The position numbers and the translations under genes were made by a program. The notes below the pieces were generated by a model. The model saw nothing but the letters and a program-made list of their open reading frames with translations. It made no database searches and had not been told where the DNA came from. A stretch of DNA of 64,000 bases from Balanoglossus misakiensis. Its lineage: Eukaryota; Animalia; Hemichordata. Positions within the stretch are counted from its first letter, which is position 1, and each line of letters opens with the position of its first letter. The DNA lies in the NCBI GenBank assembly GCA_040954595.2, contig CM082576.2:15007129-15071128 (forward strand), given 5' to 3'. Positions 37,616-51,958 of this stretch are shown piece after piece.

Positions 37616-38264
37616 TAGTCTCGGTTACCCAGACGCCTTTGCTTCTTCCGATGCTCTCCAGAAAAGGGTCTGGGGAAATACTATTGAAAGCTTAGTCTCG
37701 GTTACCCAGACGCCTTTGCTCTTCCGATGCTCTCCAGAAAAGGGTCTGGGGAAATGCTTGCCTCTCAAGAGGGCGCCCTCAATGACCTTTGGCTTTTCAG
37801 AGACGCGGTGCACCGCGTCTCTGAAAAGCCAAAGGTCATTGACGGCGCCCTCTGGAAAGGCAAGGGAAATGCTATTGAAAGCTTTGTAAAACAAAATGGC
37901 CGATGTCAGGATTTTGATCATCGCCTGATTGGCTGAGCTGTCAGTATGACCCGGGTCACTGACTCTCGACAATGTGTGATTATTTGTCGTATCTTCATAT
38001 CAAGAGACCGGTACTTGTTGGTTGATGCGAAAGGCAAAAGGCGTCCTCTGTTAGCATTGTTGGAGAAATTATACGAAATATCTTTAGTAGACGATTGTCG
38101 AAACTATTGCAGTGACCCGGGTCATACTGAAAGCTCAGCCAATCAGGCGATGATCAAAATCCTGACATCGGCCATTTTGTTTTACAAAGCTTTCAATAGC
38201 ATTTCCCCAGACCCTTTTCTGGAGAGCATCGGAAGAAGCAAAGGCGTCTGGGTAACCGAGACTA
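37616..38264. mobile_element. Academ(H)-like non-autonomous element (TAG...CTA termini, long TIRs, 10-bp TSD) with nested hairpin element
   Basis: TSD GGCTTCGCTT at 37606-37615 and 38265-38274; ~150 bp TIRs starting TAGTCTCGGTTACCCAGAC; first 77 bp tandemly duplicated; nested palindrome 37758-37863 flanked by a 9-bp duplication GGGAAATGC. Confidence 0.85.
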
Positions 38265-38641
38265 GGCTTCGCTTGTGAAACAGTCAAGAAATTTTGTTGT
38301 TGTTTGATTTTATTTTTTTTTGGGGGGGGGGTGAATGACATTGTTTTTTAGTATTTTAATATTTCTTTTTGGTGGGAAAAATCGATATTTCGCCCTTTTT
38401 ATGTTCATAAACGTCACCTCTGACGTCACACATGACCTTGCGGAGAATAGGAATCACGAACAAATGAATGGGACACACTTCCTGCAACGACGAAAGAAAA
38501 GAAGCCTCGAAAGTGTTTCTTCTGTCATGAAAATCTGTCGTTGCAAGGAATACTTGGTGGAATTCGACATATGAACGACTCACATTGGATTCGATAAAAT
38601 AAACTCGATAAGCACGGTGCCCATTCGAGAACCGTCACAAG

Positions 38642-41600
38642 ATGATGAACCCCGGCAGCAGCAACTTGTCTGGTCCGGGACAACATGCAATACCGCAGTA
38701 TGTGCAACACACTCTTCAGCCCGCTGTTGCACATCAACAACCAAGCTATATACAACAAACACAACCACACACTCAAATACAAACACATGCACAGGTATTG
38801 TATGATTACTCAATCTATTTTTGCGCAAATCTCTCATATTTGGGGTTGTGTGACTTTCAAACCAGTTTACAAAATGTACATAAATGTACATCATTGTCAT
38901 CATTCAATAATTTGCAGTGAAGTCAATCACAGAATCTGATCCTCTGTTCATTGTATGTATTATATTAGTCAAGGCAGGGATAATTACATTTACAATACAC
39001 CCCCTCCCTAACTATGTACAAATGTATGTCCAGTCATAAGAAAAATGCAAATTGTGATTGACTTCAAGGAAACACTAATTGCCACTTTTTTCAAGTGGGT
39101 GTTTAGTTTGTATGTTCAATAGGTGATGGGAGACTCATTTTGGCCATATCATTTTGGCAGAGTGAAGAAAAGGCAGGATAGATAACGGGCTATATATGTT
39201 TCTAAGAAAAACGATAATTAAAAGATAGTCATCTCATTAATTTTACGAAATTAAATTTATGAAATTACTTAGTTTGTATCTGCACCAATTTTAGCAATAG
39301 TGTTTTTTCCGAATTTGATAGATATTCCACTTTAACTTTCAGAGTACAACAGATGACAGTCAGCACAGAGCACAGAATGCCCAACCAAGCACATCATATG
39401 GTGGCAACACTCCCATATCAGTGACTCAGGGACTGCCTGGTGCTCCAAATATGTACCCACCAACACCAGCCCCTCCAATGACCCCAATGACACCAGCAAC
39501 ACCTGCCAGTGAAGGAGCCGGAATAGTTCCTCAGTTGCAGTAAGTGAATATGCAGGATATCTGTTTAAAGCCCCTGCATGTAGTACCCGGTAGCATCTTT
39601 ATGCCATTTCCCTTCACTCTCTGGCAGGGAGGAGGTAGAGCTGGTACCTGGCAAAAACAGCACTGTGCTAAAATTGCTTCTATGCAATCTGATTAAGATC
39701 GGCTGTTGCTCATTGTATTGTTTGGTGGTCTTGTTCTGCTGCTGCTGCCTCTCTGCATCTGGCTAGCTACCGCAGCAGGTTGCATTCAAAACTATGAATT
39801 CAGCCAGGGCTAACACCCACTCAGATAGTCTTACAATAAGCAATGAACAGGATGAATTAAAATAACAGATGTGTGTGCGTAAAGGTAGATGATAGGCAGG
39901 CAGACAAACAAACAAACAAACAAACAGACAGACAGACAGATAGACAACTGAAGAACTACTGTACTATTAGTTTTTGCCTTGGTAACATATACTTATCTTA
40001 TTCAAGTTATTGTCCATGTATTCTGGTGATATTGCTCCTTCGAAGTGTCCCTCATTGTGATCAATAATCTCATACTGACATAGTTCATGTAAGATATAAT
40101 ACATGTAATTTGTTATGAGAATGATTGTGCTTAGATTATTGTTCTTGTTATTTACAGAAATATTGTGTCAACTGTAAATCTTGGTTGCAAACTTGATTTA
40201 AAGAAAATAGCCCTGCATGCAAGAAATGCTGAGTACAATCCCAAGGTAAGGTTGTCATTACTGGCAATAGTGACATTTTCAATTGCGTTTTGTTTTTGAA
40301 TCTTGGAATGTTAATTTCAATGAACACATTCTGAAATCCTATAAAGAAAGAAAGAAAAATCAAACATCATCGACGGATGAAATTTTTATTTATCACAGAG
40401 ATTTGCTGCCGTAATCATGAGAATAAGAGACCCTAGAACTACAGCTTTAATATTCAGCTCGGGTAAAATGGTCTGCACTGGTGCCAAAAGTGAAGACCAG
40501 TCAAGATTAGCTGCCAGAAAATATGCTAGAGTAATACAGAAGTTAGGATTTCAAGTAAGTATATGTACCGTGTTCCAAATTTCCCCAGAGGCTTCAAACT
40601 TTTGACCTCCCATTGTCATTGTGTTGGTTACAAATCAATGCATGATCTCCATTGGTTATTGTGGTTTCTTGCATATCTTCCATGTGTTTTTGTTTGAAGA
40701 TACTTGTGTGGGATATTCAATTCTAAGGAAAGTTAATATCACTGTAAATATTATTGACTTTCTTCTGGTCTTTTGGATAAGCTTTACATCACTGAACTGT
40801 ACACAGTGACTATAAATGCAGAAAAAAATGTGGTTGTAGAGTTGTTTTTATGATGAATAGATTATCATGTGACTTTTTGGCAGAATTATCAACATCAAGG
40901 TATGAACAATTTACAGTTTAATGAATAAAATATTTTTATTGTTTTATTCCCCAGGCAAAATTTTTAGATTTCAAAATCCAGAACATGGTTGGTAGCTGTG
41001 ATGTCAAATTTCCAATAAGGTTAGAAGGCTTGGTGCTCACACATGGACAGTTCTCAAGGTAAGTTTATTTAGTGTTTATAGCATACCTTTCTGTTTACTT
41101 GTGAACTTTTAAGGGGGGCTACAGTTTATATGAAGGTTTGGCAAAAATTCACACATTCATCGAATTTGTTTGCCTCATGCTGACACATATTGTAGGAAAC
41201 GCATCTTGGCGTGAAGTGGGGAACAATCAAAAATTCGAAGTTGGTAGTCCAAGTGATGTTATATCTTTTTTATGCAAATTGACACGACCTAGTACTGGGT
41301 ATATTTCAGAAAATTCATCAGTTATGATAGTCAGGTCTTATCAACTCAATTTTTCTTTCCATGAACACAAAAAAATGTGGCAAGTTCCATTCAAATGAGT
41401 GTCCAGGCACACAGATTGTGCAACTTCACAAAAAACTGTGTATACTGTGAACAATTTTCTAATGAATTCTTCATGTTTTATGTTTTTTTTCAGTTATGAG
41501 CCAGAGTTGTTCCCAGGTCTTATATACAGAATGGTCAAACCAAGGATTGTTTTGTTAATATTTGTGTCAGGCAAAGTTGTACTTACAGGTGAGAAAGTTC

Positions 41601-42190
41601 AGCATTTGTAGAGATGGTTAAACAAATTTAAGTAAAATATACATATGAATTGGATTGACAGTTATGTACCATTGAGAAGCACCACTTATTTGGTACCATT
41701 TTCATACTTGATATTCTGAATAGCACAAGCTACCCCATTTCCAACTCTGGAAATATAGTTTTGCTCAGTTGTTTTACTAAGCTCACCTTGCAGTCAGCTA
41801 CTATGCTCAGAAAAGCTGTGGGCCATCCTAAAATTCAGTGAGGGAGATAGTATATTATGTGCAACCGGCCCATTTGGAATTCAAATGTGGTAAATGTGTA
41901 ACTTTGCTTTCAAGAATATTTGATGTCAATATTGTGCACGGTTCTTTGTGTTTCATATTGGAACCTCTTTGTTCAGCACTTATTCTAGACTGAAAAATTC
42001 GGTCCTGACAGTTGTGAATGTCGTGTACAGACGTAAATATGTATTATTATGTTTATCATTCTTTAATTACCAGGGGTAATAGTTGAATTCTGTTATATTT
42101 TGTCTCATAGGTGCAAAGGTTCGTACAGAGATTTATGAAGCTTTCAATAACATCTATCCCATCTTGAAGGCATTTAAAAAGTTGTCATAA
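38642..42190 (+). CDS. TBP: TATA-box-binding protein; spliced
   Basis: Exons 38642-38794, 39343-39539, 40158-40245, 40399-40554, 40955-41058, 41494-41588, 42111-42190. Q/P-rich N-terminus, [77 protein letters not shown]...[13 protein letters not shown]...[11 protein letters not shown]. Confidence 0.97.
39893..39946. repeat. (CAAA/CAGA)n microsatellite
   Basis: Seen directly, in TBP intron 2. Confidence 0.85.
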
Positions 42191-43944
42191 GGATTTACAC
42201 AACATCTCTGCAGAGCAGCAGCAGAAAACAAAGCATTTATTTATATGCAAGAGTGAATTGCCCATGTCAATCCCAGTTATCTGTACAGAGATTGTGAGCT
42301 GAACTTGTTAATAAGAAAGTGAGAAAAGAGAAGTTTTGCAGACATGAAAGTGAGAACAGATTTCATGGTTGTTTACATGTCAATACTAATTTTGCTGTCA
42401 ATAGTCGGCTTGAACTTTGAATCGGCCTTTATTGGTTCCTGTTCAAGTCTTTGAGCATTGAAGTTACGTGACGTAGGGATTTACCCAATACCTCAGTAAT
42501 CATGCATAGGATTCACATCCAATATCTGCACCAATGGAGTTTCTGTATGCAAATACAAACCATTTGACAGGAGTGAAAAATCTTGACATGAATTCTTTGC
42601 GGAAAGGAAAAGTCGCCTGTGTGTATTTGGAAAGGATGTTTTCTTCACATTTGTGACAGCTGTAGAGTAATTCTGTATTTTGACTGACTTTTTTCTATGA
42701 ACATGGAAGAATTGTTTTCACAGTTATTGACAATGTCGGAACAGTGCATTTATTTATAAGAAATTTATTTTGAAGTTGTATGTTTTCATGTTCATTTTCT
42801 GCCAAGAAGTGTGTTGGCTAACGTTTCAGAATATTATGTATTTCAAATGGAAAAGCAGACTTGTTGATACATGGCTTTGTAAAATTTCCACATATTGGAC
42901 TTCAGTTGTAAAATGTTAACTATTTCACAATCATGTCTGTTAGTTTGCGTTTGTATTTTGGCAGTGAGATAAATCTGAAATGAAATAGACTGCCACAAAA
43001 AGGTTCAAAACTTTTCGTTTGTAAAGAAAACTTATATTAGGATGAGTATAGTTGAGCAAAATTCATTATCAATAAAAAAAAATTCTTTGTTGTTCTATCT
43101 AATTTTGTGTTTGTTTTATTTTGTATGTTTCACAGAATGCATATTGCATTGAAAATATTTTATGGTGTTATGATTTGATAATTAAAATTTATGCCAAGAA
43201 ACATACATTCTATTAGTATTTTTGAAATAAACAAAGCATTCTTGTAAAAATAATAAGATTATTCAGTCTTTCTTATTTGTTACTGATATTTTACACACAA
43301 AGTATTTTTTGTTACAGTATGGTGTCCTGTAGAAATCGGTTGGGTCCCACACACATTGAGTGACTGTTATTGCTGAGATGACTTACCGGACACATGATTA
43401 TTAAATCCCATATGTGGTCTTTGCATTTGCGGTTCGGAACTAAAGTTTAGGAGGCACTGACTTTTCCCCTTGCGAAAATAAGGTCAAAGCAGAACTGGGT
43501 ATAGCCCATGAATTTGTTTTCTGTGATGTACTCACATAATTTTTCAGAGTGCTTGCCTATACCAATACTTCATGCAGAATAAAAAAATATTTACGGATGA
43601 AGTAAAACAATTATTTTCCTTCCACATTCAATTTTACTCTCATGGTCTCTAAATTACACCTTGTAGTAATATACGTGTAAGACAGTGGGAGTGTGTGTCT
43701 GTCTGGACTGCAAAGTGTGTCAAATAAAAAAACCCACTATGATACACACTAAAAAAGCTGAGAATAATTTACATCACAACTATTACAATAAACAACATCG
43801 CATCTTTCCAATTTGAATGAACTTCAAAGATTAATTCCTGTCTGAAACGCCCACATTATTTTGATCTCGAACTTGACATTGACCCACGTGAAAAGTGTCC
43901 CGTCATGCGTCAGTTCATAACAAATCATGACGTCACTAAATAAT

Positions 43945-46900
43945 ATGGCGACTTGCTGGGAGGATGGAACTGAATCGGCTGCTACGTCCTCCGACGTTGT
44001 TTCAAGTTCATCGGCCATTGGCATCGCCGTCGAGAGGTGCCCCTTGTGCAGTAATTCCAAAAGAAGCTTTACGTGTAAAGACTGTATCGAACAGGGTAGT
44101 TTTACACATTCCAGCGGCAAAAACCCTCTACGGTAAGCAGGAGACGGCTCGATTTCCGCGATACACCACCGTTGACTAGCCCCCGATTTTGTTGACAGTT
44201 TTCGTCTACGAAAGAATCAGAATAGGTGGATTCATTGTCAATCAAACAAAAGAGTTTACTGTTCTCTTCCTTAGGTACGCCGAAAAACTTGAAAGACTAA
44301 ACAGAATGAAGAAAGAACGACTGAAACTTCTGGAGGAGTGAGTATGAAATGGCTGTTATTTTCAACTTCAAGTCATTATTATTATGTATGCGTGGAATAA
44401 AAGGTTACATTTGTTGACACCGTGGCGGCGTGACGCAATATCCCTCAGCTGATGACAACAAGGAAGTTTTCTGCCGTCAGAGCTAGTACAAAAATTACGA
44501 CAACTGCAATAACAACAACTAACCGATGAGGAATATTATAGTATGCGATTTTTAAAAGGCCGAATCCATTGACACCGTACCAGGGGTGGCAATAGACAAT
44601 CCGTGTATAAAAATTTGCATATAGCGGTTGGACTGGGCAATGTTTTCTAAGCTGCTCTTTGACTGAGACAGTTATGTGTGTGAGTCATCACTATTTTGGC
44701 GTGTGATGTGTACTGATAATTGTACACGTGTAAATCCTCACACCAATGACTAAGAATGATGTGGAACAGACAAATTGCTCCATAGCCTGTTGCATAGAAG
44801 TAGGTCAAGCACTAATTCGTAAATATGTGCCTGATATTTACACTTGCCATATAATAAATAGCATGTCATTTGCTGCAATTGGGCCACTCAGGCTATTATT
44901 ACTTTCCACAAGACAGATCTTTAGCTGCTAATAAGCATCTTTGAGTTTGACTCTACCAGCTATCTGTTGTTCGGACTAAGAGAATGTTTATTTTGTATTA
45001 TCATTTTAATCCGTGACAACATGTGGATAGCTAGTAAAATCTTACCAATATTTTTGATATTATTGATTGTTTGGGGAAAAAACTGCAAACTTTCTGAGAT
45101 TTATCGACAATATTATTAAAAAATACAAATATTGCAATTCCTAAGATGACGATCGATACAAGGTGAACTGAAAGAGGCAAACTCTGAATGTTTCAATGGA
45201 ATTTTAAGAAACAATATAAATCTGCAGTTTTAACTCAAGTCAGCAAACACATACTGTAATTTATGAAGTCCATATTGTATATATTTCAAAACAAATTTTC
45301 TGATTATTTTCAGAGTCACTGAGGCCATAGCGGGGAGTGTGCAATATGACAAACAGGTAAGAATTCAATCTGTCATCAATGTTTCAAGTTTCAGCCTTGT
45401 TGAACCAAGTTTGTGTTTATGCATTACCAAAAGGTACTGAGGATTTTTACCTTCTCTATGGACTGAGAGTGCAACAAGTTTAGCTGTTTGAGGGATATCA
45501 TCTTTGTTTTTATCCAGAAATCTGAGGCGATAGCTGTCAGGCAAAATATATCCGTGTTACAAAAGGCATTAGAAGATTCAATGAAGAAGGCTGAAACAGG
45601 TAATTCATCAGCATTATACACTGTATTTTTATAATGTGGGTCCTGCTCAAATCAAACAAATCATTCCTTGAAAAATACCACAGATAATAACATATTGCTA
45701 CCGTCACTACTGAGTTGAAATAAATACAAAAAAAAAATCTTTCATGGAGTATCTGCAATTGCAAGTCTGTGCTTTTTACCAGAAATCTTATTTTTGTTGA
45801 CAGAAAGACAAAATGTCAAGGCAAAACAAGAAAGGAAGAAGAAAATCAGACTGAAAATCAGAAATCTTCTTGAGAAGAAAGAGAAAGTGCAACGATACCT
45901 TGGTAAGCAGTTTTAAATACAGATTGTAAAAAAATCTTGAGTTAAGAAAAAAACAGTTTATAGTAGTGATTGTATATTTTCATTATTTGGCCCAATGCGT
46001 GTACATAGTACATGAGTTAGTTTTAAGCTATAGTGTGTCTGAGGTTCAAAAAATCATGTCCCAATATTTGTTTTATAAGCCAATCTGTGTGAGAAAGTGT
46101 TTTAATGAAGCTACAAAAACACCTCACACAATCCAATCAAACATGATAGATTAACTAACAAGGTGCATGTCCTGATGCAACCATGTGTTTGTACGTACCA
46201 TCACTTTCTTTGAAAGTATTATGGGAATGTAAGTGCTGGCTATCTTTGAACTCTCCAGACCAGTCAAGACAACAATACAGCAAAAGTATAGAAGCTGAGA
46301 TGTGCTTAGAAGATCAAATAACATGTATACGGCGGTCAAGAGCAGAAGAATTAGTTACTTCAATATTTCCTATCACTGAGATTGAAGTGAAAGACCCTCA
46401 GGAATCAAGGTAAGATTGCAGAATAAAAAGCAGGTGAAAATCTGTATATTTGAGTGAACACAACAGGCTGTAGTCTGGTCTGTATGACATGTATTTGATT
46501 ATAATATAACTACTCATACAGGACCTTGACCTCAATTGACCCATCTGTAGCTTAGCTGCATCAGACAGCTAAATAGCCCAATTTGTCAACAGCTAGCTAC
46601 ATCATGCAGTAGACTCTCTCACAGCCCCTCTCGCCGTCCATGCAGGCTAATGGTCTGATTGCAAGGTTCGCTACACAACCCCACCATATGGGGCTTCTCC
46701 TTTGCGAAATGGTTGAGGGCACGTCAGTGAAGAGCCTTGTAGCGAACCGTGGGCTGTGAGAGAGTCTACATCATGCAGCCACTAGGCTCTGATCAGACCA
46801 GACCAGCATAAGCACATGATTTGAAAGTTCTTGATTTAGAGACAAAAATGTTTCAAACAACTTTACCAAGTCAAGCCACTTGTGAATAATGACTGGCAAG

Positions 46901-49862
46901 ACCTGTAAATGGTTACCTTCGTTCATGTCAAATATTCTCCCTTTCAGAGAGGAGTTTGACGATGAAAATGAATTATCGCTTAGTGCAGTTGGCGAACTAA
47001 CAGAAGCCCAGCATATGTCATACGTTCATGGCAGATGGGTGTATACTGGCAATCCCAGTCAAACCCAGTTGAGCATTGTGACTCCGGAAGCGCGTCTTCC
47101 AGGTGACGGAGACTACTCGGCATATACTGCATGGTGTAAGTCATGATCACTTTGACCCCTCCACCACCGTGGTTTGGTCCAAATCCATTGTTTTCAAGGG
47201 TAGAGTTGGACCGTTATAGAGAGATATGGGGATGAACAGGTTACTAGTAGTTACAGGTACACGGTCACCACCAATTTAAATATGGTCATAAATGGCTAAA
47301 ATGGCGTATTTGAGTGTTCTAAAGAACACATGATGGTGCTCTGTTTGTGTGCCATCCACTGAAAATCTGCGATTGGCTAGATCTAAATTTACCATGGTAA
47401 TTGTAGCTAAATTTGCATAGATGACCATTTACCTTTAAACCTGTGAAACATGTTTTGTGTGTGGACATTTCTGGGCACTTGCTGAAGAATACTGATGTCA
47501 CCATTTGAATGTGTAGCTTTTACGAATTGAAATCACAACTGAAAGTTAAGATGTACATGTCAAATAGCAGTGAATACCCACTGTTGACCACACATTTGTG
47601 TTGTTTTCCCTTCAGATGAGACGTCAAGAGACGTGACACCAGGACCGAGCTCTGACCTGCTTCTAGTTCTACGGAATCCAGCCAACTCCATGTGTTCTGC
47701 TCTGGCCTATACTACACAGTTAGCATCAGTACTATCGTTTTATTTAGGAACCAATCTGCCAGAGAAATTGTGTTACAGGTGAGTACAGAAATAATGTTTG
47801 TTACTTGACTGTTTTTTTTTAAAGAGTGGAGCTTGGGGTGACCATACGATTTTAGTCGATTGCTGAATTAAATTTTATAAAACTTGTTAAAAATGACGAT
47901 AGTAGAAGTGGGTTTTCAAACATTGGTTTATGGTGGTTTAGTACAAAAATATGCATAATTTTAAGAACCTGAATTTGATTGACCCCAATCTGATTAAAAT
48001 CAGATGTAGAGTTAGGGGCTGGTGATAGATTTGGCTATGCTGATCTCTGTCTTGGCTGTTATCGGGTGTACACACCACTCTATGTAGTGTGGGCCCCCTT
48101 CCAAACAGAACAGCCAAGAATCGGCAAAAGTAAAGATGGCCCTAACTCTACATCTGATTCTAATTCAGATTGGATTCACCCAACTTGATGTAGCATTTCC
48201 AACTTCAACTGCAGTATGCTTACTGTCAATGATGGCGATCCAAAATATCTCTCTGTAAGAAAAATATAAAAAATATACTGCTGCAGGGGCTTTGATATTA
48301 TGACAAATTAAATTCACATTTTAGTTAGATTTATTGTGCATGTTAACATACAACACTTTGTCCTCACCTACAGCAAATTCTGTGGCAAGAAGCTTTCACC
48401 AAAGGCATTTTCAAGAGCTGTGGCCAAGCTCAACACCAACATTCTTTACATATGTTTCACACAGGTAAGCTGAAAAGCTGGTCACTGTTAAAAGTGACTG
48501 ATCAGTAATGTACTAGACTTTGATGGCAATTTATTGCACTATAATTCTTTGCTCAGTGACTTTGCTGTATGCTTCTGAATAACAACTTTTTGAATCTAAT
48601 CATAACCTCTGCGCAACTTTATATAAAACCTGATCCCTTTTTAATATTATACTGAAAAAATTACCCACAGTGGAAGCTATTTGAAATTATGTATTGAATT
48701 TCATTGATTTGTATACAGTATCATAAAGCACTGAAGTTTTTTCTCATTTCTTAAAAAGTAATATTTTTTAGCGTAATGAAATCATGTGTGTGTAACTGAC
48801 CCAATTTTTTTCTCTTTCTCACCAGGATGTGAATCCTGAATGTTTGAATGCATCACACACGATGAGAAACCTAATGGCATGTTTGAACCCAGAGACTAGT
48901 CAACTTGGAAGGTATGGTGCTGACAATCTTGGATTGTCCTCCGTACACATGTTCTGTTTTCATGTCTTCATTCTTGATCTGACAGTGGTTGTATAAGAAA
49001 ATGCAAAAAAAACGAACTGACACTGTGCAAGTATGCAAATGTTCAGAACAAAGTCCCTTTTGTAGTTGACAATAAATTTTATTACATCAGTCAGTGTGTT
49101 ATTACATGTGCATTTATTACATACTTTATTTAACCATTCTTCAATGGCTATGCCAGCCCAGGGTATTGCATATTTGGTGCAATTTTTGTCACTTTTGGCA
49201 AAAGAATTTAGTTTTCTGAAATCACTCGTCCAATTGCTGGAACAGTTGGTTTTCAGAGTCCTGGGGAGTTCTCACTATGAAGTATTATATTATTATGATT
49301 TCTGAGTCTATGTGGTTTGCATGTAATTCAGAATTTTTTTCTGTCAGATCTGTTCAAACTATGATGAAAGTGTCATTTTATCATAAATTATATACATGTA
49401 CACATAAATGCTTTAGGCCATAATCCAGGAGTGATCAATTTGGAGTGTCATTAATGTGATTTTGCTCCAGAATATGATGTCTTGTTATGATAACCATGTG
49501 CAATTTGTGTCTGTAGGAGCGGACCATTTGAAGTGAATTCCGAAATGATGCAGTCGGTGGACGAATCACTGCTACCATACTACTGTTTCTCGGACGACAG
49601 CGACCAGCACAGTTCCAGCGAAGACGAGATCGATTTCGGACAAGAGTGGGAAGCCGTGCCCCGGCAGCTTCCAGAAACGCCCACTCGAATGAGTGACACC
49701 TGTCAATCAACAACTCAGTCCCAAGCTGCTCCGCCCCACTCACCTTCCCCGAGCTCTGCTGGGGGTCTGATGTCATCAGCTGCTGCCTCAGTTGCCTCTC
49801 TTTGGAGGGCAGCCACGAGCACGACAGGATTGGCAAGTCAGTCACCGGAGAAGAAATCATGA
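43945..49862 (+). CDS. ATG14: Beclin-1-associated autophagy regulator (ATG14/Barkor); spliced
   Basis: Start 43945 (alternative 43927). Exons: start-44132, 44275-44337, 45314-45356, 45518-45599, 45804-45902, 46259-46409, 46948-47135, 47616-47778, 48374-48464, 48826-48911, 49517-49862. AVERCPLC...TCKDC Cys motif, coiled coil, LPGDGDYSAY, KLNTNILYICFTQ, EWEAV LIR-like motif, BATS-like helix GGLMSSAAASVASLWRA. Confidence 0.93.
46610..46768. mobile_element. Academ(H)-like MITE with 10-bp TSD, in ATG14 intron
   Basis: TAGACTCTCTCACAGCCC...GGGCTGTGAGAGAGTCTA TIRs; TSD CATCATGCAG at 46600-46609 and 46769-46778. Apparently nested in an older TAGTCTGGTCTG...CAGACCAGACCA element (~46471-46805). Confidence 0.85.
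47255..47434. mobile_element. Kolobok-like MITE (family E)
   Basis: AGGTACACGGTCACC...GATGACCATTTACCT|TTAA; homologous to 19195-19361 and 10686-11000. Confidence 0.65.
47985..48173. mobile_element. MITE-like inverted repeat
   Basis: ccaatctga-ttaaaatcagatgtagagttaggg ... ccctaactctacatctgattctaattcagattgg. Confidence 0.65.
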
Positions 49863-51958
49863 CAATTCCTCAATATATTGTGCTCATTTTTGGGTGGTTT
49901 TTAATTTTTTTTTTTTTTTGCTGTTAAGCAGGGTCTTCCAGTTCAGTACCCACGCTGTATTGTTAATCAAGTTTAACTTTTACCAGGTCAGTCAGAGATT
50001 TTATGTGGACATGGGTTGGCAGAAAATAAGTGCCATGAAGATCCGACTTTAGCAAGAGCAGTACCATATCATTGATGTATTTATTTGATAAAATGACTGC
50101 ATAATGAACTTTTGTCTGAAGCAGGTGTTTCGTTTTATTCTGAATTACCTTTTAGATGCGTGCATTCTTTACTGGCGTAAAGTGTTGCTATAATTTTTTA
50201 CATCAGATTTTTAGAACCTTGACCCTAGAAAATGCAACATTGCTTCTAGACAACACTTAAGTCGTGGTGGGCATTTCAGACATTAAAAGGAAAATTCTTG
50301 TGTTGTTAACCTTGTCTGACACCCAGCTTCTTACACCCCTCCAAACATAGATTTACATATGTACATAATTTTTTTTCACATGACTGTTTGTGGTGCTTTA
50401 CATTTTGTCTTTTACATGGCTTCTGTAAATTTTCATGTCTGATTAAATTTTTATGGTTGTCAGTGCCAGCGTGCACAGGTGTAAATAGATGCAGATGTGT
50501 TTTTTGAGAAGTTTGGTTGTACACATGTACAGCTCACAGTTGTATCATAATGATGCCATGATACATGAATTTTAAGGGCAATTGACAGTGTACCTGGATT
50601 TGCTATGGGTATCATCATTGTGCAGAAGTAATACTGAGAGACCCTGTTCAGGTCAAAGGTCATGACCACGGCATTTAAATTATCGAAGTTCAGATTTGTA
50701 TTGTGTGGAATAACTGTTTACTGTGAAACAATGAACATGTTTTTATCTTGAGGATCTCAAGAGGAATACTGAAATCTAGATGTCAGTGTTTGTTGTTGAA
50801 GTACTTATGTTACTTGTTCTACGATAATACTCTGAACATTCAATCTGTTAATGTACATTGAATTGTTTCAAACTTGTTCAAAGATAAACAGAATGGAAAC
50901 TTCATGACCAACAATGTTTTCTAGTGGTGTTTTATCTCCCAGTGTATTTATGTACATTGTACACGTACCGATATGCGTGTGTGTATGTATGTATGCTGCT
51001 TGGTAATTCCTCTTCTGGCACAAATGAATGTTGTCAGTTGATTATCTGAGAAAATTTTGGAGGTATTTTGAAGGGGCAACAAATTTCCGAGTTCCAGTCT
51101 CATGAGTCTATGAAATGAGCAGCAAATCCCCCCCCCCCCCCCAAAAAAAGAAGGATGTACATGTACTTCACAGTGTGTGGGTGTGAATAAGCTCATCATT
51201 TCAATGGCTCCAGAGAAGGCCAGTGCAGACTACACTACTTTCTGCATGTTGTTGATCAAAATCATAACATAACACACAAGCAAAATGAACAGTGCATATA
51301 ATTTATTTTTTAAACAGTTAATGTGTACAAAACTCCTCTTTTCTGCCAAAAAAAGCAAATCCAAGAACTGCAACATCCAAAAATACAAAAAAAGTAATGG
51401 TTCTTTTCTAGCCACTGCATTGGTGCAAATACAGTGGAACAGTCGCTAATAAAGAAAGATCAACTTTGAAGAAAGCATGATTAGCTTTGCCAAAAAGATT
51501 CAATATTTAAAGTCTGATTTTGTGCTTGGGAATAGTAAAGCCTAAGGTCACAAATGAAATGCAAAACATTTGAAAGTCAAAATTCCAGGTTAGACATCTA
51601 AAATCTACTTGTAACATTTTGAAAAGAAAACATCAATCTTGTTTCTGCATGAAAAACACAGCCAATAATAGTGGAAAATGTGTACCTACCTCAATACACA
51701 TGTTAACACTTGTCAGTAGAACAATAAAAGGCAACTTGCAACAAGAAAGTGACAGAAGAGCAAAACAAAAACGTGGTAGGTTTGTAAGCTCTGCTGAAAT
51801 GTTTTTTTTTTAGTTTTCAAGTATCAGTCTCATATAAAGCATTATGACTGACTTGTATGTCAACTTCCACATTGTAATTTATTTGCAAATGTTTGATTAG
51901 CGGAATGTTTTTTTCAAAGGATGGTCCACTCAGTACACAGCACTGACTTTTAATTTAA

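Noticed and set aside
37518-38341. Several 68-123 aa ORFs on both strands
   Set aside because: They are mirror translations of the inverted repeats of the Academ-like element.
38642-42190. Calling this gene TBPL2/TRF3 or TRF2
   Set aside because: The core is TBP-type, not TRF2-like. KKIALHA also occurs in invertebrate TBPs, and TBPL2 is regarded as a vertebrate duplicate.
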